This document shows, piece by piece, positions 9,342 through 19,408 of a stretch of DNA of 64,000 bases (the stretch's first letter is position 1; every line of letters starts with the position of its first letter). The stretch spans positions 135,497-199,496 of the forward strand of contig JAEXYH010000071.1 in the NCBI GenBank assembly GCA_023451735.1. The letters run 5' to 3'. The stretch is from Pseudomonadota bacterium (GTDB lineage: Bacteria; Pseudomonadota; Alphaproteobacteria; Rhizobiales; Rhizobiaceae). Made by a program: the position numbers and the translations under genes. The notes beneath the pieces were generated by a model. The model had not been told where the DNA came from and ran no database searches. It worked only from the letters and a program-made list of their open reading frames with translations.

Positions 9342-9367
9342 CTGGATGTCGGATCAGATAAGGCCGA

Positions 9368-10417
9368 TCAGACGCTGACGACAATTCCGGGGCCGCCGTC
9401 TTCGACCAAGCCGACAATGCTGGCCAGCGGATAACCGGCGTCACGCACCTGCTTTACCAGCGCATCGGCCTTTTCGGGTGCCGCAGCCACCAACAGGCCG
9501 CCGGAGGTCTGGGGATCGGCGAGCAGCATGCGCTGCCATTCCGGCATATCGGCCGGCAGCGTCACCGCTTCGCCGTAACTCGCCCAATTGCGGCCGGAGG
9601 CGCCGGTGATGAAACCCTGCTGCGCCAGTTCTTCCGCCTTGGTGAGGAAGGGAATGTCGGCAAGGTTCAGCCGCAAAGTCAGTCCGGAAGCACGTGCCAT
9701 TTCCAGCCCGTGACCGAGGATGCCGAACCCGGTGACATCGGTGATCGCATGCACTTGCGGATCGGCGGCAAGCACGGTGCCTACCTTGTTGAGCAGTGTC
9801 GTCGAAGCGATCATCTCTTCATAGGCTGCCACAGACAGTGCGCTCTTTTTGATTGCCGAGGAATAGATGCCGATGCCGATGCCCTTGGTGAGGATCAATT
9901 TGTCACCGGCTTTCGCTCCACCGTTGCGGCGGACCTGTGAGGGATGACAGATGCCGATGACGGCGAGGCCATAGATCGGTTCGACGCTATCGATGGAGTG
10001 ACCACCGGCAACCGGAATGCCCGCTTCCGCGCAGATCGACGCTCCGCCTTCGAGAATCTTGCCGATCTTCTCAGGCTCCAGCTTGTTGATCGGCATGCCC
10101 AGGATTGCGAGCGCCATGATCGGCTTGCCGCCCATGGCATAGACGTCGGAAATGGCGTTGGCAGCAGCGATGCGGCCGAAATCATAAGCGTCGTCCACCA
10201 TTGGCATGAAGAAGTCCGTCGTGGCGATGACGCAGGTATTGTCGTCGATCTGCCAGATGGCGGCATCGTCGGCCATCTCGTTGCCGACCAGAAGCTGCGC
10301 GAACGGCTGCGCCGCCGGCTGGCCGGCCAACAATTTCTGCAGAACGGCGGGAGCAAGCTTGCAGCCGCAGCCGCCGCCATGGGCAAGCTCGGTCAAACGG
10401 GGAGAAGACATGTCCAT
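9368..10417 (-). CDS. selD: Selenide, water dikinase (selenophosphate synthetase), Cys form
   Basis: HGGGCGCKL (TGC codons), [28 protein letters not shown] and DPQTSGGLL motifs. Confidence 0.97.
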   Translation of the reverse strand: MDMSSPRLTELAHGGGCGCKLAPAVLQKLLAGQPAAQPFAQLLVGNEMADDAAIWQIDDNTCVIATTDFFMPMVDDAYDFGRIAAANAISDVYAMGGKPIMALAILGMPINKLEPEKIGKILEGGASICAEAGIPVAGGHSIDSVEPIYGLAVIGICHPSQVRRNGGAKAGDKLILTKGIGIGIYSSAIKKSALSVAAYEEMIASTTLLNKVGTVLAADPQVHAITDVTGFGILGHGLEMARASGLTLRLNLADIPFLTKAEELAQQGFITGASGRNWASYGEAVTLPADMPEWQRMLLADPQTSGGLLVAAAPEKADALVKQVRDAGYPLASIVGLVEDGGPGIVVSV

Positions 10418-10672
10418 GGTAATTCCTCCTTCGGATCGCGCCGCAGGTTGCGGTTCTTAACGGGTAGAGTGTAGAGGTGATAACGTCTCCATACCTGCGC
10501 GTCTATCATGTTCCAGCTTCAGCGGGACGTACTGGGGCGGGGATCGAGGTCACTAAAGCGTGCGATCCTATCGCTCGAAACCGGTCGATGACGGCCGAAC
10601 GGAGGGGGTGTTTCTCCCGGCGCGTTCTATTCGCTATCATGCCGGCAACGATTCTGAGATCGGTTTGAGTGT

Positions 10673-11770
10673 ATGCGCTACAATTTCGCGGATTTGCCCT
10701 TGCATCGGCTGATGGAGCCGGTTTGCCGAGCAACTGCGGCAATTACACGCCTGGACGAGCGCGTGTCCCGGTCAACGATAGGTTCGGGCTGGATCGAGCG
10801 TTCGCATTTCGTCGATGCGGTTGCCTCGCTCTGGATCGGCGGTGAACTTGTTCATCTGGAAGATCTCGTTCTGCACGATGCTGCGATGGGTATTCGTGCG
10901 CCGACACATGAGCTGACGATCGCCTACGATATTTTGCGCACACGACGGCGCATCTTCGAGCATGAGCCGGGTTGGGCTCTTAGCCGTGAAGGGCTGAGCC
11001 AGTTGCAGGGCAAGGCGTCGGACTTGCATGCCGCCACGCCCATCGAAACGCCATTGGAGACCAAGTCGGCCGATACGCAGGATGATGAGGATCCGCTGTC
11101 CCAATACCTGGCTGACATCGATGCTGCGATTGCCAGAAGCGAGGCCATGATCTCTCAGGCGCTTAAACCTGCGATACCGCCATACAGAAAGGAACGCGTC
11201 CCGCTTCTTTACGAACCGGATTGGGACGAGGACGAGCGGCTTGCCGAATGGCAGGCCGTGCTCGATGAGAGTTCCAGCTTGCCACCGGTTCTCCGGGCCG
11301 TTCTGCTGGTGGATGCCTGGAACCAGTTGCAGGTGCTTCAGCATGCTCCATGGTTAGGTCGCCTACTTGCCTCATCGCTTCTGAGGAAGGAGGGGGTCAC
11401 GATCGCTCATCTTGCCGCACTCAACCTGGGGCTGAAGCAGGTTGGACGGGAACGCCGGTCAAGCCGAGAGCAGGACGTTCGTATCGTTGCCTTGCTTGAC
11501 GCGATCACTGAAGCCGGCGAGGTGGGCCTGAAGGAGCATGACCGCCTCGTGCTCGCCCAGCAGCAGATGCAACACCGGATAACTGGACGGCGCCAGTCAT
11601 CGAAACTTCCACAGCTTGTCGATCTGGTTCTTTCCCGGCCGATGGTTTCGTCGGGCATGATTGCGAAGGCGCTTTCCGTGACGCCGCAGGGCGCATTGAA
11701 GATCGCTTCGGAACTGCATTTGAGGGAGCTGACCGGGCGTGGCCGCTTTCGCGCCTGGGGAATCGTCTAA
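10673..11770 (+). CDS. DUF1612 / HTH domain protein (RHE_PE00001-like family)
   Basis: GELVHLEDLVLHDA..IRAPTHELT and C-terminal LRELTGRGRFRAWGI motifs, typical of rhizobial plasmid genes. Confidence 0.85.
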   Translation: MRYNFADLPLHRLMEPVCRATAAITRLDERVSRSTIGSGWIERSHFVDAVASLWIGGELVHLEDLVLHDAAMGIRAPTHELTIAYDILRTRRRIFEHEPGWALSREGLSQLQGKASDLHAATPIETPLETKSADTQDDEDPLSQYLADIDAAIARSEAMISQALKPAIPPYRKERVPLLYEPDWDEDERLAEWQAVLDESSSLPPVLRAVLLVDAWNQLQVLQHAPWLGRLLASSLLRKEGVTIAHLAALNLGLKQVGRERRSSREQDVRIVALLDAITEAGEVGLKEHDRLVLAQQQMQHRITGRRQSSKLPQLVDLVLSRPMVSSGMIAKALSVTPQGALKIASELHLRELTGRGRFRAWGIV

Positions 11771-11791
11771 GGGGCCACGCCGTATCTGCGA

Positions 11792-12811
11792 TCAGGGTAT
11801 CGCGAGGAAGTCGTTGGTGTAATAGCGCGCAAAGTCCGGCTTTGCCTCGAGAGCCTTGCCGCCAGAAGCTTTGAGAATACCGGCTTCAAAGGCGTAAGCG
11901 CCGATTGCTTCGAATTTCGAAGGGTCGATATTGCCGATGACTCCTTCGGCGCTGATGAGATATCTGCCTTCGATCAGGGCATTGAGCGACGCACGGATCA
12001 GCGCGCGATCGGTCAGCGCATCCTTGTTCGCGGCAATCAGCAGGTCGGTTGCCTCATCCGGATTGTCGATGGCGAATTGATAACCCTTTCGGGTCGCCTG
12101 AAGGAAGGCTGCTGCCTGCTTTGGATTGTTGTCCAGAAATTTCCGACTGGAACCGATCAGCGTCGTGTGCTCATCCGGCACGCCGAAATCGGCATAACGG
12201 AACGCGCCTTGCTTCAATCCCTCCAGTTCGGCCTTCACACCTTCCCAGGTGTAAACTTCCAGCGTGAAATCGACAGCACCGTTTTCCAATGCCTGATAGG
12301 CGGAGGTGCCGAGTGTGATCGTCTCGAATTCACCCTTGCCGCCATCATGGCGAATGATCGAGGATATCAGCGCGTTTTCCCAGGCGGAACCGAAGCCGCC
12401 ATAGGTCTTGCCGTCCAGATCTTTCGGGCGGTTGATGTCGGAACGTCCTCCCTTGAACACCAGACGGCCGGTTTCGGTTTGAACGATCGCATAGGTGGCG
12501 ACGAGATCCGCGCCGGCCGTGCGCTGGGTGAGGAGGGCGATCGAGCCAAGAATGCCGAAATCAGCCACATGGTTGGCGACCAGGGTGCCGGCTGACGTGT
12601 CCGTATAGGGAAGGATTTCGACGTCGATGCCTGCTTGTTTGTAGAAGCCTTTGTCGCGAGCAACGAAGAGGCCGATGTGGTTGGTATTCGGGGTCCAGTC
12701 GAGGGCGACCGAAACCCTGGATGCGGCCTGTGATCGAGCCGGCAGCGCCGGCACTGCGAGGGCGGCGAGTGTCGCGAGCGTGGTGCGTCGGCTCAGCAGT
12801 ATTTGGCTCAT
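11792..12811 (-). CDS. ABC transporter substrate-binding protein, NMT1/THI5 (ThiY-like)
   Basis: LDWTPNTNHIG motif, Tat-like SRRTTL signal and position in a TPP-riboswitch operon. Confidence 0.88.
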   Translation of the reverse strand: MSQILLSRRTTLATLAALAVPALPARSQAASRVSVALDWTPNTNHIGLFVARDKGFYKQAGIDVEILPYTDTSAGTLVANHVADFGILGSIALLTQRTAGADLVATYAIVQTETGRLVFKGGRSDINRPKDLDGKTYGGFGSAWENALISSIIRHDGGKGEFETITLGTSAYQALENGAVDFTLEVYTWEGVKAELEGLKQGAFRYADFGVPDEHTTLIGSSRKFLDNNPKQAAAFLQATRKGYQFAIDNPDEATDLLIAANKDALTDRALIRASLNALIEGRYLISAEGVIGNIDPSKFEAIGAYAFEAGILKASGGKALEAKPDFARYYTNDFLAIP

Positions 12812-12825
12812 GGCAGCTGTCCTTC

Positions 12826-13587
12826 CTATTGCTGGATCTGGGGCGAGAGGAGAAAATCGAGTATCGCTGTTTCAATGATTGCGGCCTCGGAGCGGGCCGT
12901 TGGATGACTGAAGCGGGGGCGTGGCAACGGAACCGGGATCGTCTTCTCGACGTGTGCCGGGCGTGGCGAAAGCAGATGAATTCTGTCGGAGAGCATCACG
13001 GCTTCCCGCACATCGTGGGTAATCAGGATGATCGTCCAGCGATGGTTCAGCCACATGGATTCGAGCCAGATCTGCATCTGGTTGCGGGTAAGCGCATCCA
13101 GCGCACCGAACGGCTCATCCAGCAAAAGGACGGGCCGGTCCTGCACGACGGTGCGCAGAAGTGCTGCGCGCTGTCGCATGCCGCCTGACAGCGCACTCGG
13201 ATAGAGCTGCTCGAAACCGCTGAGACCGAATTCCTCGAATAGCGGTTCGACGCGTTTGCGGGCCTGTCTTCGCGGAATTCCCTGCACTTCGAGGCCAAGC
13301 GTGGTGTTGTCGATAATCCGCCGCCAAGGCATCAACGCATCGCGCTGGGGCATGAAGGCGAAGGGCCGATCAGTCGGTGCAAGCGGTCTGCCGGCAAAAC
13401 GAATTTCGCCGCTGTGAGCCGACGCAGCACCAGTCAGAAGCTTGAATATGGTCGATTTTCCCGCTCCTGAAGGCCCAAGGATCGAAACGAACTCGCCCGG
13501 CATGACATTCATAGATACGTCACGCAGCACATCGATTTCGCCGTAGCTCAGCGATATTCCGTCAAGGGAAAGCAACGGCTCTGTCAT
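12826..13587 (-). CDS. ABC transporter ATP-binding protein (ThiZ-like)
   Basis: GPSGAGKST, LSGGMRQR and LLDEPFGALD motifs. Confidence 0.9.
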   Translation of the reverse strand: MTEPLLSLDGISLSYGEIDVLRDVSMNVMPGEFVSILGPSGAGKSTIFKLLTGAASAHSGEIRFAGRPLAPTDRPFAFMPQRDALMPWRRIIDNTTLGLEVQGIPRRQARKRVEPLFEEFGLSGFEQLYPSALSGGMRQRAALLRTVVQDRPVLLLDEPFGALDALTRNQMQIWLESMWLNHRWTIILITHDVREAVMLSDRIHLLSPRPAHVEKTIPVPLPRPRFSHPTARSEAAIIETAILDFLLSPQIQQ

Positions 13588-14390
13588 GTCCGTCTCCCGG
13601 GCGAGCTATCGATCCAGGGAGCGGCTAGTCGCTGTACGGCCCATGTGGCGCTAAAGAGAAGTAGGGTCAGCAGCGAACTGACCAGAACGGCGGCCAGCAC
13701 GAGGTCGGGGCGGAAATTGTTCTTCGCATTGAGCATGTAGATGCCGAGCCCTCTGGCGGCTCCGGCATATTCGGCAAAGATTGCCGCAACCACGGCATAG
13801 GTGATGGAGATGCGCAGTCCGGCAAAAAAATAGGGCAGGGCGGAGGGTAAGCGGGCAAGCCGGAAGCGTTTCCAGCGGGATGCGCCCATGGAGGAAAGCA
13901 GGTCCTCGACTTCTCTTTCCGTCGAGGCATAGCCTTCGGCCAGAGCGACCAGCATTGGAAAGAATGTGACAAGCGCCACGAGCAGGATTTTCGGCAACAG
14001 GCCGAAGCCGAACCACAGCACGACCAGCGGTGCAATCGCCACCAGCGGCAAGGTTTGACTGGCGATGAATATGGGAAACAGTGCTCGGCGCATCAGAGAC
14101 GAGAAATCGATCACCATCGAGAGCAGGAACGCCAGAACCAGCGAGAGCGAAAAACCCAGCAGGGTGGCTCGAAGCGTCGGCACGGTGTTGAGCCACAAGG
14201 CTTCACGATTGAGCCAGGCCTGGTGAAGAACTTGCGACGGCGCAGGCAAGGTCGTTTCCGAAATGCCGGAAAAGCGGCAATAGATCTCCCATGCGAACAC
14301 CAGACTGCTCGCGGCGACGAGAGCCGGCATAGCCCGGAAGGCATGATTGCGGATCATACGGCCGCGCATGCGGAAAACGCTCGACGACAT
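13584..14390 (-). CDS. ABC transporter permease (ThiX-like)
   Basis: SQTLPLVAIAPL and MGASRW...LPSALP (EAA loop) motifs. Exact start uncertain. Confidence 0.88.
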   Translation of the reverse strand: MSSSVFRMRGRMIRNHAFRAMPALVAASSLVFAWEIYCRFSGISETTLPAPSQVLHQAWLNREALWLNTVPTLRATLLGFSLSLVLAFLLSMVIDFSSLMRRALFPIFIASQTLPLVAIAPLVVLWFGFGLLPKILLVALVTFFPMLVALAEGYASTEREVEDLLSSMGASRWKRFRLARLPSALPYFFAGLRISITYAVVAAIFAEYAGAARGLGIYMLNAKNNFRPDLVLAAVLVSSLLTLLLFSATWAVQRLAAPWIDSSPGRRT

Positions 14391-14408
14391 CGAATTGTCC
14401 GTGATGGG

Positions 14409-15017
14409 CTAGATGGCGCTCGGGCTGTTGGCCGAAACAGTCAGGTCGATGGTTACATGCCCCTGGGGTGGCCCAAATCGAACAAAAGCCTCGCCAACTG
14501 TTGCGAAAACCGGAGCGGCATCTCCGCGCAGCTTGGTGCAGAAATTCTTAGACCGGTCGAACACACCTGACGACTTGATGAAGTCGATACAGCCGTAGAT
14601 CTCATCCATGTGCTGGCCGATACCAAGCGTGTAGAGAGAAAATTGCGCTGCAGCCGGCTGGCCTGAAAGCGGAATGGAGGAGACCGCGGCCAAGGCCTGT
14701 GCCTTGCGCTCTTCGAGCGGCGCGAGCGGCCCAGTCATCTCGGGCACGTGGCAGATCGGATCATCCGGTTCGCCGGGGCAGCCGCGCGACAGGGTCGCAT
14801 GCATGACGCAATGCTTGCCCGATTTGGCTGCTGCGACGAAGAGGTCGCGCATCGCGGCAAGAACGATGTCAGGTGTTCCGACGAGAAGTGTCGAGATATC
14901 GTCCGTTTCGATCCTCAACTGATCCCGGTAGGGATCGAGCGCGGATAAGGCGTCGAGGATCACGTCGACGAAATCGTCGGACATCGGGTAAAGGGAAATC
15001 TGCGCGCCGGAAAACAT
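14409..15017 (-). CDS. YkoF-family thiamine/hydroxymethylpyrimidine-binding protein
   Basis: Two AQ(I/F)SLY repeats, SRGCPG motif, first gene after the TPP riboswitch. Confidence 0.85.
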   Translation of the reverse strand: MFSGAQISLYPMSDDFVDVILDALSALDPYRDQLRIETDDISTLLVGTPDIVLAAMRDLFVAAAKSGKHCVMHATLSRGCPGEPDDPICHVPEMTGPLAPLEERKAQALAAVSSIPLSGQPAAAQFSLYTLGIGQHMDEIYGCIDFIKSSGVFDRSKNFCTKLRGDAAPVFATVGEAFVRFGPPQGHVTIDLTVSANSPSAI

Positions 15018-15024
15018 CTTGCAC

Positions 15025-15115
15025 CTCGCTCCGCTGGCATTATCCAGATCAGCTTAAGGGTCCACGGTCATTGCGACCGAATCTCAACCCCGGCAATACG
15101 GAGCACCCCTGTTCG
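15025..15115 (-). promoter_or_regulatory. TPP riboswitch
   Basis: Minus strand reads AGGGGTGC...GGGGTTGAGA...ACCCTTAAGCTGATCTGGATAATGCCAGCGGAGCG. It ends at the RBS of the ykoF-like gene, which suggests translational control. Confidence 0.92.
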
Positions 15116-15235
15116 GCCCCTGATAGATCACTTGACCGGGGACTGGCAAGGGGGAGTGTTGAACGACCATTTCAAGCAGGCTACGAAGACCGGGTAAATT
15201 TGCTCCGGCCGATGGAGCTCCGGAGTTGTGCTTTC

Positions 15236-15898
15236 ATGCCTGCAAAACCCCAACAGCGTCGGAAAAACGATCCCGAGCGGACAAGAGCGGATATTCTTGA
15301 TGCCGCGACCGAAGAATTTGCGACACACGGTCTTGCCGGCGGGCGTATAGACGCGATCGCCGAGAAGACACGCACCTCGAAGCGGATGATCTATTATTAT
15401 TTCGGCGGCAAGGAGGACTTGTATCTGGCCGTGTTGGAGCGTTCCTATCGGCAGATAAGAACCCTGGAGGCCGATCTGCGGCTTGAGGCCCTGTCAGCGG
15501 AGGAGGCGTTACGCGCCCTCATCTGCGAAACCTTTGATTATGACGAAGCGCATCCTCACTTCATCCGTCTCGTCAGCAGCGAGAATATCAACTGCGCCGT
15601 CCATATGCGGCGTTCGGAAACTCTTCGCGACCTGAACATATCGATCATCGAGACACTTGAGAAAATCGTCGCAAGGGGTGTCAGAGACGGCGCCTTCCTT
15701 CGTAAGGCCGACGCTATCGATGTTCACATGCTGATCAGTGCCTTCTGTTTCTTTCGGGTCTCGAATCGATATACGTTCGGCACGATCTTCCGGCGCGATC
15801 TATCCGAGCCGCAGTTGATGGCCCGTCACAAGCAGATGATTTCGGACGCTGTCGTGAGCTACCTGAAGACGCCTGACGAGCAGCAAGCCCAAGCCTGA
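15236..15898 (+). CDS. TetR-family transcriptional regulator
   Basis: ILDAATEEFATHGLAGGRIDAIA...KRMIYYYFGGKEDLY helix-turn-helix. Confidence 0.9.
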   Translation: MPAKPQQRRKNDPERTRADILDAATEEFATHGLAGGRIDAIAEKTRTSKRMIYYYFGGKEDLYLAVLERSYRQIRTLEADLRLEALSAEEALRALICETFDYDEAHPHFIRLVSSENINCAVHMRRSETLRDLNISIIETLEKIVARGVRDGAFLRKADAIDVHMLISAFCFFRVSNRYTFGTIFRRDLSEPQLMARHKQMISDAVVSYLKTPDEQQAQA

Positions 15899-15992
15899 TC
15901 GGCGATTGTGAGGCATTTGGGTCGCAGACCTTGTTGAAACGCTACAAAGACCGCCCGCCCTGCATTGACTCACTTTTCGGTGATCGATAATT

Positions 15993-16011
15993 CCTGAGTT
16001 TATGGATCATA
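15993..16011 (+). promoter_or_regulatory. Putative RirA iron-responsive operator (IRO)
   Basis: TGA-GTTTATGGA-TCA (TGA-N9-TCA) at 15995-16009, downstream of a TTGACT hexamer and upstream of an iron-uptake operon. Confidence 0.6.
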
Positions 16012-16080
16012 TTTATGGGTTTTCGCCGCTCTGCGCCGTGAAACCTTTATTTGGTTTGCATGCACTCAGGGGACATTTCC

Positions 16081-18210
16081 ATGTTTGGTTCAAATATTTT
16101 TAGTTCATTTGCAGGCAATGCCGCTAAAAGCCGCCGCTTGCTGGTCCTGTTGTCCAGCTGCGCTATTATCCTGCCGCTGCACGCACATGCGCAGACCGCC
16201 GGCGAGGCTGATGCGAGCACGACGCTGAAGCCGATCACACTGCAAGCGGATGGTTCTGCAGTCGGACCTGATTCGACGATTGTGGCGAAGAGTACGCGGA
16301 CGGGTAGCAAGACGGACACGCCTATTCTGGATACCCCGGCTGCCGTTTCCGTGGTGACGCAGAAGGAACTGGATGAGCGTGGTGTGAAGACGTTTGACGA
16401 GGCGCTTTCTTATACGCCGGGTGTATTGACCGACGTCTACGGTTCTGACAACCGATACGATCATTACTTGATCCGCGGCTTCTACTCGACAGGACAGAGC
16501 ACATTTCTTGATGGTTTGCCGGTGCGCAGCATAAATTTCACGGGTAGCCGCATGGAGCCCTATGGGCTACAACGACTGGACGTGTTGAAAGGGGCAAATT
16601 CGACACTTTTCGGGATTTCGCAGCCCGGCGGCATAGTCAATGCTATCAGCAAGCGGCCACAGGATTATAAATTCGGCGAGGTCTACACGACTTTCGGTGA
16701 AGATCATATCGAGACGGGGACCGATTTCGGTGGTCCGGTTGATCCCGATGGAATCTGGTCCTATCGACTGACCGCCAAGTGGCAGGACGCCAAACAGGGC
16801 ATCGAATACAGCGAGGACGATCGCCTCTACGTTGCTCCTGCGCTGACATTCAGTCCGTCCGCCGATACGGATTTCACTCTGCTGACCAGCTTCAACAAAC
16901 GAAATGGCAGCACCTCGCACAGCATTCCATATCTTTCCGGCATCGACTCGGAGACCTTTTTGGGCGAGCCAGATTTCGACAATATGGATACGATCGAGCG
17001 GAATATCGGTTATGATTTCCGTCACGACTTCGGCAATGGCTTAGAATTCCGACAGAATGCCCGCTACACCAATCTCGATCTGACTTATGAAGGCGTTTAT
17101 GCGACCTCGTCTGACCCAACGGACGATCGCGGCGCCCTCGCCGTCTATGGGGAGGCGAAGCGTTTCGATATCGACAATCAGCTCCAATATGACGCGAGCT
17201 TTGGTCTTTTCGACAGCCGCACCCTCTTGGGGGTGAGCTATGAGCATGACAAAATGCGAGAGCGTCGTCTTGATGGCGCGGTGCCTGCTATAGACCCGTT
17301 CAATCCCATCTATTCGGGTCGCGGTAGTATTGTATTCGGCCCGGCCTCGATAACGGAAGGAACGCAGACGACGAAGAGCATATATCTTCAAGAAGAGCTA
17401 ACCTTCGACAAAAGTTGGATATTCACTCTCGGCGGACGTTACGATCATTCGGAGAGTGAAACTGGAAGCGATGAAGCAGTTGATGAGGCTTTCACGCCGC
17501 GTGCTGGCTTAACGTACAAAGCCACAGACGAGCTGTCGTTTTATGGTAGCTACAGCGAATCTTTCCAGCCGCTTGGAGCTAGCCGCGGTCTCTTGGTTGG
17601 TGACGCGAAGCCGCAGGAGGGCACACAATACGAGGTGGGGATGAAATATCAGCCAACTGGCACGGATATGCTCTTCACGGCTGCGCTGTTCGATCTCACA
17701 CAGAAGAATGTCTCGCAATATACTCCCGATTATTCGGCCCAGTATCAGATCGGAAAGATCAATGTCCGGGGCCTGGAGTTGGAGGCCAAAGTCGCTTTGG
17801 CCGACCAGCTTAATCTGACAGCGGGTTACTCCTATTGGGATTCCGAGATCGAAGAAGATGTTCTTCCCGTAAATGTCGGGAAGCGTCCGGCACGAGTTCC
17901 CAAGAACATGGTCTCGCTTTGGGCAGACTATACAATTCCCGGGAACGGCATTCTCGGTGACCTGAACCTTGCTCTAGGCATGCGGTATCTTGGTCCGACA
18001 TATGCTGATGACGCAAATACCATCGCCTTGGCATCGCGAACGCTGTTCGATGCAGCTATTCGCTACAAGGTCAGGGATGACGTGACGCTATCTCTTAATG
18101 CAACCAACCTGTTTGACAAGGAATATGTCACGCATGTTGACACCTCCAGCAACTCGGCCTTCTACGGCGATCGTCGCAAGGTTCTGGGAACATTGAAATA
18201 TACCTGGTAA
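16081..18210 (+). CDS. TonB-dependent siderophore receptor
   Basis: Signal peptide, plug domain (KTDTPILDTPAAVSVV, IRGF, RLDVLKG...PGGIVN), NLFDKEY and terminal YTW. Confidence 0.93.
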   Translation: MFGSNIFSSFAGNAAKSRRLLVLLSSCAIILPLHAHAQTAGEADASTTLKPITLQADGSAVGPDSTIVAKSTRTGSKTDTPILDTPAAVSVVTQKELDERGVKTFDEALSYTPGVLTDVYGSDNRYDHYLIRGFYSTGQSTFLDGLPVRSINFTGSRMEPYGLQRLDVLKGANSTLFGISQPGGIVNAISKRPQDYKFGEVYTTFGEDHIETGTDFGGPVDPDGIWSYRLTAKWQDAKQGIEYSEDDRLYVAPALTFSPSADTDFTLLTSFNKRNGSTSHSIPYLSGIDSETFLGEPDFDNMDTIERNIGYDFRHDFGNGLEFRQNARYTNLDLTYEGVYATSSDPTDDRGALAVYGEAKRFDIDNQLQYDASFGLFDSRTLLGVSYEHDKMRERRLDGAVPAIDPFNPIYSGRGSIVFGPASITEGTQTTKSIYLQEELTFDKSWIFTLGGRYDHSESETGSDEAVDEAFTPRAGLTYKATDELSFYGSYSESFQPLGASRGLLVGDAKPQEGTQYEVGMKYQPTGTDMLFTAALFDLTQKNVSQYTPDYSAQYQIGKINVRGLELEAKVALADQLNLTAGYSYWDSEIEEDVLPVNVGKRPARVPKNMVSLWADYTIPGNGILGDLNLALGMRYLGPTYADDANTIALASRTLFDAAIRYKVRDDVTLSLNATNLFDKEYVTHVDTSSNSAFYGDRRKVLGTLKYTW

Positions 18211-18224
18211 ATCGGCTCAAGTTC

Positions 18225-18263
18225 AGGCATTCCTCGGCGTAGTCGAGGGATGCCTTTGTTTTT
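18225..18263 (+). terminator. Rho-independent terminator or attenuating hairpin after the receptor gene
   Basis: AGGCATTCCTCG-loop-CGAGGGATGCCT followed by TTGTTTTT. Confidence 0.65.
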
Positions 18264-18358
18264 GCGATTTGATTTTGGCTTTTGCGCCATGGGGATCAAT
18301 CAGACCGCGGCAGATTGTGATAGGAAAAGCGATGCGAAAGCTCGGTTCTGGCGAAGGC

Positions 18359-19408
18359 ATGGCGAGTGCCGTTAACGAGATGAAACGCCGTCAACTTCTC
18401 AAGCGCATGGCGGGGATATCCGGGGGGCTTGCCGTGAGTGCCGGTCTGGATCCGTTCTTCTCTTCCATACGCACTGCTTTTGCTGAAGCAGAAGAACTGC
18501 GTTTCGAACATGTTTACGGCGAGACGGTCCTCTCCAAGCCGGCCGAACGTGTCGTATCCCTGGGCTACAACGTCCATGATGCGCTTCTGGCGCTTGATGT
18601 CGTGCCTGTCGGAATTCGCCAGTGGTTCGGTAACCAGCCTTACGGTGTCTGGCCATGGGCTCAATCCCGTCTCGGTGATGCCAAGCCTCAGCTCATTTCG
18701 GGCGAGGTTTCGATGGAGGTGGTTGCGGGACTGCAACCCGATCTGATCGTTGCTGTGGGGGCGGGCATATCGAAGGACGAATATGACGTCCTGTCCCAGA
18801 TCGCGCCGGTGCTGATGCAGCCGAAGGACAAGCCGGCCTATGGCACGGGCTGGGATGAGCTGACCCTGATGCTGGGCAGGGCTGTCGGCAAAACGGAACT
18901 TGCCGAGAAACGCATCGCGGAGGTCGAGGCGAAGTTTCAGGCGGTGCGCGAAGCGCATCCCGACTGGAGCGGCATGACGGCGGTCTGCGCCTATAATTTC
19001 GGCGGCGAGACCGGTGCTTTCATCGGTTCCGATACCCGGGCGACGTTCCTGTCCGAGCTGGGCTTCAAGCCGACCCAGAAAATCATGTCGCTTTCGGAGA
19101 CACAAGGGTTTTATGCACGGCTGTCACCCGAGGACCTGTCCCCTCTGGATGCAGACCTTCTGATCTGGGTATCCACCTCGGACAAAGTGCCGGATATTCA
19201 GGCCTTGCCGCTTCGCAAGACGCTTCGTGCGCATACCGAAGGGCGTGAAGTTTTTGCCGGTGAAATTATGGCTGCAGCTTTGAGTTTCGGCAGCGTTCTC
19301 TCCTTGCCCTATGCTCTCGACGTCTTGAAGGATGATATCGCCCTGGCGGTCGATGGTGATCCCAAGACATCGGTTGCCTCCAGCATGGCGGCGGGATTGG
19401 CGCCTTGA
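18359..19408 (+). CDS. Iron-siderophore ABC transporter periplasmic binding protein
   Basis: KRRQLL Tat-like signal, HVYGET...PAERVVSLG and E.VAGLQPDLI motifs. Start uncertain (18332-18380). Confidence 0.88.
   Translation: MASAVNEMKRRQLLKRMAGISGGLAVSAGLDPFFSSIRTAFAEAEELRFEHVYGETVLSKPAERVVSLGYNVHDALLALDVVPVGIRQWFGNQPYGVWPWAQSRLGDAKPQLISGEVSMEVVAGLQPDLIVAVGAGISKDEYDVLSQIAPVLMQPKDKPAYGTGWDELTLMLGRAVGKTELAEKRIAEVEAKFQAVREAHPDWSGMTAVCAYNFGGETGAFIGSDTRATFLSELGFKPTQKIMSLSETQGFYARLSPEDLSPLDADLLIWVSTSDKVPDIQALPLRKTLRAHTEGREVFAGEIMAAALSFGSVLSLPYALDVLKDDIALAVDGDPKTSVASSMAAGLAP

Noticed and set aside
10360..10380. SelD as a selenoprotein
   Set aside because: The active-site motif GGGCGCK uses TGC codons, with no in-frame TGA.
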